The notes below the pieces were generated by a model, which was not told the origin of the DNA, made no database searches, and was given only the letters and a program-made list of their open reading frames with translations. Below are positions 8,116-15,415 of a stretch of 32,000 bases of DNA, one piece after another. Origin of the DNA: Candidatus Scalindua sediminis (GTDB taxonomy: Bacteria > Planctomycetota > Brocadiia > Brocadiales > Scalinduaceae); assembly GCA_008636105.1 (NCBI GenBank), contig VSDH01000001.1:195068-227067 (forward strand), in the 5' to 3' direction. The position numbers and the translations under genes were made by a program. The stretch's first letter is position 1. Each line of letters starts with the position of its first letter.

Positions 8116-8301
8116 TAACAGCCATTATGTCACGTTAGTAATACCCTGAAAGCATGAAAATGCGTCAATGTCTATAGATTTCCGATCCCGACTGAGTCGG
8201 GTCTTGGAGTAGCTTCAAGGGGCGCCTCGGGCGACAAGTCGGAAATGACATTATTGGCTCTGGATAGCCTACATTTCGTTTTTGCAATTCCCGCTCTCTC
8301 T

Positions 8302-8325
8302 GTCATTCCTGCGAAGGCAGGAATC
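8302..8325. repeat. GTCATTC...GAATC hairpin
   Basis: GTCATTCCTGCGAAGGCAGGAATC has an 8-bp stem ATTCCTGC/GCAGGAAT with a GAAG loop. It lies inside the hairpin-rich spacer 8122-8390. Confidence 0.6.
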
Positions 8326-8390
8326 TATTCATTTAGCTCATTCCCTCCCCCGTCATGCTTTTTGGCGGACATAAGCGGGTATCTGTTTTG

Positions 8391-9614
8391 CTAAATTTTC
8401 ATAATAGTTAAACAGGAGTCATTCCCTGAATAATCAAACGAGTTTATGAGTACCGAGCTTATGTCTTTTTCCAGTTTTTCATTGATTATGTTTAAGTTAC
8501 ATCCAGGGGCCTTCTCTACATTAATAGTTGGAGGTATTAAATCATTATCTATGGAAAGTACAGAAGCTGCTGTTTGCATGGCGCCTGACGCACCATAACA
8601 TTCTCCCAAAATAGACTTGATAGCACAAACAGGTATTTCTTCACCCCTTTCTCCAAACAATTCTTTAATGGCTTTTGACTCAATCAGGTCCTGTAACTTG
8701 CTCGAATTACCATTCGCATTGATTAAGTCTATGTCATCAGGGGATAACTTAGCATCATCGATGCACATTTGCATCGCATTCTTGGCTTTTTTAACTCTTT
8801 TATCAATGTCATTTTTTTTGTTACCGGCAAAGATACTTCCATAACCGGAAATTTCAGCATAGACCTTTGCTTCACGATTTAAAGCATAATCAAGGTCTTC
8901 CAATATAAATACATAACTACCCTCACCCATAATAAAACCGTTTCTTCTTTCATCAAACGGCATGCTAGTCTCGCTTCCAGAACCATTAGCCCTTGCCAAT
9001 AATTTTCTCATATAAAATATGATGTATAAATCCAGTGAAATCTGCTCAATCCCACCTGCTATGATCACCTTTGCCTTACCACTCTGTATAAGTTTATAGG
9101 CATTACCTATCGCATCAGTGCCTGAGGTAAAGCCGGAAGAAATCGTCCTGGCAAAACCCTTTATCTTGAAAACAACTGAGGAATAATTTATGGATGAATT
9201 TAGTGCAACATCATAGCTAAGCATTGGCGAGAGTTCCGATGGATTTTCCCTGACAATATCATGAAAATAATCAGTGGTTTGAGAGAAATTCCCGAGTGAA
9301 GAACCAATAAGTATTCCAGTTTGATTTGATAACTCATCATCAATATTTAAGCCAGCATCATCAAGCGCTAATTTTATACTTGAAGCAAGAAATTTAGTCC
9401 CCTTATTAAGATATTTTAATCCTTTACGTCCTATAAATTCTTCAGCTTTTAAATCCTTTACTTCTGCTCCTTTTTTAGACTCATATTTTGATAAATCCAG
9501 ACATTCCATAGGGGCTATGCTTGAATTACCTGAAACAAGATTCTTCCAGAACTCCTGATGTCCAATACCTATTGGGGATACAACCCCAATACCAGTAATT
9601 ACTGTTTTTTTCAT
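8391..9614 (-). CDS. beta-ketoacyl synthase paralogue lacking the Cys-His-His triad (CLF/KS-beta-like)
   Basis: 407 aa that aligns without gaps to the neighbouring FabF across the active-site blocks. TISSGFTSGTDAIG replaces NACSSGNHAIA (Cys->Phe162, codon 9129-9131). INANGNSS replaces INAHGTGT (His->Asn301). SILGECYGASG replaces SMIGHTMGAAS (His->Glu338). Confidence 0.9.
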   Translation of the reverse strand: MKKTVITGIGVVSPIGIGHQEFWKNLVSGNSSIAPMECLDLSKYESKKGAEVKDLKAEEFIGRKGLKYLNKGTKFLASSIKLALDDAGLNIDDELSNQTGILIGSSLGNFSQTTDYFHDIVRENPSELSPMLSYDVALNSSINYSSVVFKIKGFARTISSGFTSGTDAIGNAYKLIQSGKAKVIIAGGIEQISLDLYIIFYMRKLLARANGSGSETSMPFDERRNGFIMGEGSYVFILEDLDYALNREAKVYAEISGYGSIFAGNKKNDIDKRVKKAKNAMQMCIDDAKLSPDDIDLINANGNSSKLQDLIESKAIKELFGERGEEIPVCAIKSILGECYGASGAMQTAASVLSIDNDLIPPTINVEKAPGCNLNIINEKLEKDISSVLINSFDYSGNDSCLTIMKI

Positions 9615-9821
9615 TTTAAAATGCTTTTACAACACCCACCAAACTATCCATTGGGCAGGCCCGCCTGCCATTTGTCGGGCAGGGAGGACACGGGGGAAAA
9701 TATTCTCATGACCACCAAAGCGATTCCGACAGACATTTTCTTTGTGACTTGTGGTCATGAATGTTTCATTATCAAAACCTAATGTAAATTACGCTCCATG
9801 TGTACGCTCATAATCACCATA

Positions 9822-10375
9822 GTAGCCGTCCGCCTAGGCGGACGTTTATTCAAACAATTGCACTTAAGATATCTTCTAAATCACATCCAATTGAACCCTT
9901 GAAACGGTACTCCTGCCAATGAGAAACAAGACCTTTCCTTACAGGGTTATCCAGTATATATCTGACTTGTGTTGGTAAATCTTCATTCTTTTTTATTATA
10001 TGGTCATAAAAGTCTTTCTGCCACCTGACACCTATTCTGTTTCTTGACATCCAGAAACCAGTCTTTTGTTTATATCCTGTGACTATTTTTAGTAAATCTA
10101 CATCTTCATGAGTACCTGTTATTATCATGTGCTGGTGGTCGGGCATGAAACAATATACAGGGATTATACATTTATTTTTTTTGGCAACGTTTTTAAGAAT
10201 ATTCGTAAAAATATTTATGACTTCTGTATCCGAAAAGAGACATACCTTATCTTTTATACACATAGTTAAGTAAACAGATACCTCTCCTATGTAAAATTCC
10301 CTTGGCAATCTGTGCTGCTTTTCTTTTATTTTTGTATTCATAGACTTTTTTTCGCAGGCTGAAGCCTGCGACTAC
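9822..10375 (-). mobile_element. RAYT unit: Y1 transposase gene flanked by inverted GTAG-REP hairpins
   Basis: Left REP: GTAGCCGTCCGCCTAGGCGGACG (9822-9844, +). Right REP: CGCAGGCTGAAGCCTGCGACTAC (10353-10375), the reverse complement of GTAGTCGCAGGCTTCAGCCTGCG. The feet point outward and the hairpins lie next to the gene. Confidence 0.75.
9850..10341 (-). CDS. IS200/IS605-type Y1 (HUH) transposase, REP-associated tyrosine transposase-like
   Basis: 163 aa with the HUH-type motif PDHQHMII and the C-terminal catalytic-Tyr block VRYILDNPVRKGLV. Size is typical of RAYTs. Confidence 0.82.
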   Translation of the reverse strand: MNTKIKEKQHRLPREFYIGEVSVYLTMCIKDKVCLFSDTEVINIFTNILKNVAKKNKCIIPVYCFMPDHQHMIITGTHEDVDLLKIVTGYKQKTGFWMSRNRIGVRWQKDFYDHIIKKNEDLPTQVRYILDNPVRKGLVSHWQEYRFKGSIGCDLEDILSAIV

Positions 10376-10387
10376 TATACACGGACA

Positions 10388-11596
10388 CTATAGCTTACTG
10401 AAAATATTTGTAACATTATTTCCACCAAAGGCAAATGAATTATTCAATACGCAATTAACTTCTAACTCACGTCCTTCATTTGGAACGTAATCCAAATCAC
10501 ACTCAGGGTCTGGAGTTTCATAGTGTATGGTGGGTGGAACTGCATTATTTTTAATCGCCAGGCAGCTCACAACAGATTCTATCGCACTTGCAGCGCCCAT
10601 TGTATGGCCGATCATAGATTTTATAGAACTAACAGGAATCTCTTTTGCACGCTCCTTAAAGACTGATTTTATGGCTAACGTTTCCATCCTGTCATTTAAG
10701 GGTGTTCCGGTACCATGTGCATTAATGTAGTCAATATCCTTGTAAGAAATCTTAGAAGCAGAAAGAGCATCTAACATAGCCTTTATTGCTCCGGCTCCCT
10801 CAGGATGTGGAGCCGTCATATGATGTCCGTCACAACTCATTCCGTAACCTTTCAATTCAGCATAAATATTAGCATTTCTCTTTGATGCAAAATCAAACGA
10901 CTCCATCACCATTATTCCTGCTCCTTCTCCAATTACGAGTCCCTTTCTATTTTTGTCAAAAGGCTGACATCTCTCAGGAGCTAAAGCCTTTAAATTGTGA
11001 AAATGTGTAAACTCAGTTTGTGGTATAAGTTCGCCTCCACCTACAAGCATCACATCAACCTTCCCTTCTGATAAAAGATCAAGGGCCCATGCAATAGCAT
11101 GGTTACCCGAAGAACATGCATTTAACGATACCATGTTTGGCCCTTCAAACCCAAAATCTTCAGAAAGCAAAGTTGTTATGGATGATGGTGGGTATGTTAA
11201 GGCAACGCCCATGTCGAATCCATTTGCTTTGTCCTCAGGTGCATTGCGTAGCAGGTATTCAAAGGGGGGTAGTTCACCAGCAAGAGTTCCAATTGCAATC
11301 CCAAACCTTTCACTATCATACCTGGTAATATCATTTAAACCACTATCTTCTAAAGCTTCCTTCGCAGCAGAATAGGTATATTTATGTATTGTGTTTGCTG
11401 TGGTCTCATTTTCAAAAGTAGTGTCAATTTTAAAATCCTTGACCTCACATACACGGTGTACCCTATACTTTGAGGTATCAAAGGATTTTATCTCTGCCGT
11501 ACCATCCTTACCATTAACGAGCGCATCCCATGCATTCTTAACACCAATACCATTGGCTATTACTAATCCCAAACCCGTAATAACAACTCTTGGCAT
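10388..11596 (-). CDS. fabF: beta-ketoacyl-ACP synthase II-type (active-site complete)
   Basis: NACSSGNHAIA (Cys), INAHGTGTPLND (His), SIKSMIGHTMGAASA (Lys/His), NNSFAFGGNN. I prefer the ATG at 11596 (MPRVVITGLGLV, preceded by AAAGGA) over the track's GTG at 11662, which adds 22 atypical residues. Confidence 0.9.
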   Translation of the reverse strand: MPRVVITGLGLVIANGIGVKNAWDALVNGKDGTAEIKSFDTSKYRVHRVCEVKDFKIDTTFENETTANTIHKYTYSAAKEALEDSGLNDITRYDSERFGIAIGTLAGELPPFEYLLRNAPEDKANGFDMGVALTYPPSSITTLLSEDFGFEGPNMVSLNACSSGNHAIAWALDLLSEGKVDVMLVGGGELIPQTEFTHFHNLKALAPERCQPFDKNRKGLVIGEGAGIMVMESFDFASKRNANIYAELKGYGMSCDGHHMTAPHPEGAGAIKAMLDALSASKISYKDIDYINAHGTGTPLNDRMETLAIKSVFKERAKEIPVSSIKSMIGHTMGAASAIESVVSCLAIKNNAVPPTIHYETPDPECDLDYVPNEGRELEVNCVLNNSFAFGGNNVTNIFSKL

Positions 11597-11770
11597 GTTT
11601 AATCCTTTAGAGATAGAACGAGATATGTTTGTTTTCCCAGAACTCAGGTTTCGATTTTTCACGCATTTTCTTTTGGAACGAGCCTGTATCTGGAAAAACC
11701 GTATTATGAAGCTTGTCTTTAATTTTTTTCGAAGACTTGTACCTGGATAGTTAAGAGGATAAAAAAGGGC

Positions 11771-11815
11771 AAATCCCCCAACCCCCCCCTTTCAAAGGGG
11801 GATTCAGGGGGATTT
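11771..11815. repeat. nested G5/C5 hairpin (terminator-like), family copy 2
   Basis: AAATCCCCC-AA-CCCCCCCC-TTTCAAA-GGGGG-ATTCA-GGGGGATTT has the same architecture as 5044-5091. T-rich tracts sit on both sides. It lies between the radical SAM stop and the fabF start. Confidence 0.6.
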
Positions 11816-11856
11816 ATTCTTTGTAACTTTTCGCAAAATGTTAAGCAATGACAGCT

Positions 11857-13326
11857 TTAAGCCTTAATACTTGCCAAATCCAGGGTTTTCCTATTTTTTA
11901 ATGTTTCGTATTGCTCCATGGCAACCTCGTAAGCTCCAGAAGTCTGAAGCTCTCTCAGATTAATTAACAAATGTTTGAAAACATCCTGCCAGTCAAGATT
12001 AACCCTGAAGGCAAACATTGCTGCATTGAGATTATTTAATTCTGTTTTTGCCCTCCTGAATTTTTCTCTTATCAGCTCAGTAGAATATATTTTTTCATAA
12101 ACGTACTCTAAACCATCAATAAACTCTTGAAGTGAAAGTTGCGTTAAAACATAAGTTAGATGATGTGATGTGTAATAAATCCAATCTTCAGGAAAATTTG
12201 TTCTGAACAGCCTATTCCCACTATTAAGTCTTTTATATAATGGAGTATTAATGAACGGGCACAAAATGCCACAAGTCATTATATCGATCTTTGCATCTAA
12301 TATAAAATCAACTACTTCTTTAAAGCTCTCAGTTGTATCACTGTCATTCCCAAAAACCATAGTCCCCCAAACAGCAAGCCCATGTTTTCTTATGTTTTTT
12401 ACGGCTTCTTTATATTTATCTATCGTTATTCGCAGGTTAACTCCCTTATTCATTGTCTTTAGCGCTTCCTCATTGATAGATTCTATACCAATAAGTACTC
12501 CAACACATCCACTCTTTACCATATAGTCTAGAGTTTCATCATCCTTATATATATTCAATGAGGTGAATCCAAACCAGTTCTGGTAAATGCCTCTTTCAAC
12601 CATCTTCTTAAAAAGATCTCGAACCCTTTCATTAGATTTCTTGCTATGGCCGTAGAAATTCTCATCTGTCAGGATGAGTCCCCTATACTGCCCTTTTATT
12701 TTTTCCAGCTCACCCAAAACATCATCTACAGGTCTCTCTCTATACTTTCTACCCTGAAACTGTGGTACTGAACAGAATTCACAACTGAAAGGGCATCCTG
12801 CGGTGGTGATTATGCCGGAATATCTATACTTATATTTATTCTTCAAAAACTCTCTATCAGAAAATATGTCCTTATACTTTTCCATAGGAGTTAAGCCACC
12901 ATCATACAATTTTTTTAGATTGTTATTTTCAAAATCAGAGATTATTTCTTCCCAAATCGAAACTGCTTCCCTTATAATTACAGAATCTACATATTTTGCT
13001 GCTTCATCGGGATGGCTAGTTGCATGCACTCCACCCATTATCACGGGAATTCCATTTTTTCTACACGCTGTAGCTATTTGATATGCCCTATTAGCCTGAT
13101 AACTTACAGACGTAATCCCTACCAGGTCTGGCTTATCAAAGAGCAAATTCTCACCCTTCTCATCTACTGCCAGTTCCTGCGTCTCATCTATTATGTCTAC
13201 TTCCCAATTGTTGGGTGTCAACGTCTTCAGGTAACCCAAATTTACAGGCATCTGATTTAATACCGAAACATTTTCCTCTCCAACATTGCCAATCGGATGG
13301 GGATTTATAAGTATCAATTTTCTCAT
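11857..13326 (-). CDS. B12-binding domain radical SAM enzyme (class B type)
   Basis: 489 aa. The N-terminal region looks like a cobalamin-binding Rossmann fold (ILINP..., DLVGITSV, GIPVIMGGVHAT). It is followed by the CX3CX2C cluster motif TTAGCPFSCEFCSV. Confidence 0.88.
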   Translation of the reverse strand: MRKLILINPHPIGNVGEENVSVLNQMPVNLGYLKTLTPNNWEVDIIDETQELAVDEKGENLLFDKPDLVGITSVSYQANRAYQIATACRKNGIPVIMGGVHATSHPDEAAKYVDSVIIREAVSIWEEIISDFENNNLKKLYDGGLTPMEKYKDIFSDREFLKNKYKYRYSGIITTAGCPFSCEFCSVPQFQGRKYRERPVDDVLGELEKIKGQYRGLILTDENFYGHSKKSNERVRDLFKKMVERGIYQNWFGFTSLNIYKDDETLDYMVKSGCVGVLIGIESINEEALKTMNKGVNLRITIDKYKEAVKNIRKHGLAVWGTMVFGNDSDTTESFKEVVDFILDAKIDIMTCGILCPFINTPLYKRLNSGNRLFRTNFPEDWIYYTSHHLTYVLTQLSLQEFIDGLEYVYEKIYSTELIREKFRRAKTELNNLNAAMFAFRVNLDWQDVFKHLLINLRELQTSGAYEVAMEQYETLKNRKTLDLASIKA

Positions 13327-13350
13327 TTTTTCCTCGACATAACATCTTCT

Positions 13351-13418
13351 GCAGGGTGGGCATTGCCACTAAAAAAACATTCGTTCGTGAATGGAACGGT
13401 GGGCAATACCCACCCTAC
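13351..13418. repeat. REP doublet (inverted pair) between acpS and the radical SAM gene
   Basis: 13398-13418 reverse-complements to GTAG-GGTGGG-TATTG-CCCACC. A degenerate partner, GCAGGGTGGGCATTGCCAC, sits at 13351-13369 in the opposite orientation. The GTAG foot overlaps the acpS TAG stop (13415-13417). Confidence 0.6.
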
Positions 13419-13813
13419 TCTTCTCTCTTGTTATACTCTGAATTAGCAGGTACTAATAATGCGTGCGCAATAGCATAATCCTTGCAATGTGATAATGAGA
13501 TTGTTATCTCACCAATGTTTTTCTCCTTTGCCAATTCTCTTGCTCTGCCATATAGATTTACGTAAGGTCTCCCCGATTCTTCGTTTAACGTTTCTATGTC
13601 AGTCCACTTCATCCTGTCTCTCAACCCTGTTCCAAATGCCTTAAGCACAGCTTCTTTTGAGGCAAAGCGTGCAGCGTAATGCTGAAAACAGTTTTTCTTG
13701 GATTGGCAATATTTTACTTCATCCTCTGTATATACTCGCCTAATAAAATTCTTGTGTGTACCGAAAACCTTCTCAATTCTTTTAACTTCAATAATGTCTA
13801 TTCCCGTATACAT
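13415..13813 (-). CDS. acpS: holo-ACP synthase (4'-phosphopantetheinyl transferase)
   Basis: 132 aa with MYTGIDIIEVKRI..., FASKEAVLKAFGTG and ISLSHCKDYAIA, the canonical AcpS blocks and size. Confidence 0.9.
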   Translation of the reverse strand: MYTGIDIIEVKRIEKVFGTHKNFIRRVYTEDEVKYCQSKKNCFQHYAARFASKEAVLKAFGTGLRDRMKWTDIETLNEESGRPYVNLYGRARELAKEKNIGEITISLSHCKDYAIAHALLVPANSEYNKREE

Positions 13814-14074
13814 TTGTAATTTATATAATTTTATCAGTCTTAAGAAATGTATTTATAAACCAATCACCACAATATTTATGCAATGAAAAGGATAGCTGTT
13901 AGGGGAAAAGTGTTTAAGGTAGGAACAGTTTTCAAAATTACTTTGCATAATAATTTGGTTTCTCTTATCATCTGTCAATTTAATACATTCTAAGTTTAAC
14001 TTTGCCAAAAACTTAAAGGATTTTAAACGTTGTATTAATGGTTGTCAACCATAATTTCGAGCTGGAAAAGGTTA

Positions 14075-15415
14075 ATGGAGTTAACAAAAAAAAACTTAAA
14101 TAAAAACATAATTCAGCTGGCACTTCCTGTTTTATTAGAGAATGTCTTACACATGGCAGTTTTCATCGTTGACATAATCATGGTCGGCAGATTAGGTACT
14201 ACGGCTGTAGCTGCTGTGGGATTAGCAGGCGCCTTAAACTTTGTCATTACAATGATTTTTTGTGCGCTCAATGCCGGAACAACAGCACTTGTGGCAAGGG
14301 ATTTTGGCGCTAAAGAAAAGGCTGAAGCACAAAAAGTCGTCGGGCAGTCTTTATTGTTAGCAATCATCTTAGGACTTATAATCAGCCCTTTCATATTTTA
14401 TTTTGCCAGTGACATTTTGATCTTAATGAGTGCAGAGGAAAGCGTTGTTACATTGGGATCTACCTATCTCAAGATAGTATTAAGTTTTCTCATGCTACGA
14501 TTAATAATATTAACTGGTACCGCAGCCTTTAGAGGAGCGGGCGATACTCGAACACCTATGATGATTACGCTTGTCATGAATTGTGTAAACATATTATTTA
14601 ACTGGCTACTCATATTCGGTATATGGGGTTTTCCACGTATGGAGGTGGAGGGAGCTGCCTGGGCAACATCTATCGCTTATACAGTAGGTGCATTTTTGAT
14701 TTTTTACAAACTCCTGAGCAAAAAAAGCATTTTGACAATAAATTTAAAGAGTATTATTGGCATAAATAAATCCATAATCCAAAGAATACTAAGGATTTCT
14801 TTGCCTGCTACACTGGATGCTTTTTTAACTCAGATTGGTTATCTTTTTTTCATTAAGATAGTTGCAATGCTTGGAACTGTTTCACTTGCTGCGCATCAAA
14901 TTGCCATCAGGATAGAGGCTCTATCATTTATGCTGGGCTATGCAATGGCAATAGCAACCGCCACACTTGTGGGACAAAGTCTTGGTGCAAAGAAAATCGA
15001 TCTGGCCAAGTTAAGTATGAAGAGAAATTGTCAAATTGCCCTTATGATGATGGGATTCTTTGCCTTTATATTTTTAATATTTGCTAAACCCATGGCAAAG
15101 GTATTCCATCCAGAACAAGATGTATTAGCTCTTAGTGCCCTTTGCGTAATGATTGCCGCCATTGAACAACCAGCATTAGCAATATACATGGTCTATGCCG
15201 GTGGTTTACGCGGTGCAGGGGATACCTTAAGCCCTATGATTGTTACGATAGTAGGCACATTGTGTTTTCATTTACCAGTTGCTTATATCTTCGGAATTGT
15301 GCTAGGATGGGGACTTGCAGGAATCTGGTTTGGTGCAGCACTCGATTGGATTCTTCGGGCAATTGCTGTATATGTCCTCTTTAGATTAGGAAGGTGGAAG
15401 AAAATAAAGGTATGA
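14075..15415 (+). CDS. MATE-family efflux transporter
   Basis: About 12 hydrophobic segments, with duplicated halves each carrying RGAGDT (FRGAGDTRTPM and LRGAGDTLSPM). I prefer the ATG at 14075 (MELTKKNLNKNIIQLALPVLLEN) over the track's TTG at 14042. Confidence 0.85.
   Translation: MELTKKNLNKNIIQLALPVLLENVLHMAVFIVDIIMVGRLGTTAVAAVGLAGALNFVITMIFCALNAGTTALVARDFGAKEKAEAQKVVGQSLLLAIILGLIISPFIFYFASDILILMSAEESVVTLGSTYLKIVLSFLMLRLIILTGTAAFRGAGDTRTPMMITLVMNCVNILFNWLLIFGIWGFPRMEVEGAAWATSIAYTVGAFLIFYKLLSKKSILTINLKSIIGINKSIIQRILRISLPATLDAFLTQIGYLFFIKIVAMLGTVSLAAHQIAIRIEALSFMLGYAMAIATATLVGQSLGAKKIDLAKLSMKRNCQIALMMMGFFAFIFLIFAKPMAKVFHPEQDVLALSALCVMIAAIEQPALAIYMVYAGGLRGAGDTLSPMIVTIVGTLCFHLPVAYIFGIVLGWGLAGIWFGAALDWILRAIAVYVLFRLGRWKKIKV

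Noticed and set aside
7921-8118. 65-aa ORF on the plus strand.
   Set aside because: It lies entirely within MITE copy A, so its peptide is just the translated repeat.
9558-9782. 74-aa ORF between the dead-KS and RAYT genes.
   Set aside because: It overlaps the KS-like start and runs through the GC-rich palindromes. It has no SD, and its composition is driven by the repeats.
11597-11662. Track start (GTG, 11662) for fabF.
   Set aside because: The conserved KS N-terminus (MPRVVITGLGLV) begins at the ATG at 11596, which has an AAGGA upstream. The extension is low-complexity and atypical.
4272-13813. Search for an acyl carrier protein, FabD, FabH or FabZ gene within the lipid operon.
   Set aside because: No ORF of 70-100 aa with a DSL-type phosphopantetheine site, and no such enzyme motifs, were found in any frame of the track. 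Their absence is noted rather than any feature claimed.
13814-14074. Replication origin at the minus-to-plus strand switch.
   Set aside because: I could find no DnaA-box cluster (TTATCCACA-like) in the 260-bp spacer and no dnaA or dnaN nearby. The only near-match (TTATCCACG, about 31724) is inside a CDS. A divergent promoter region is the simpler reading.
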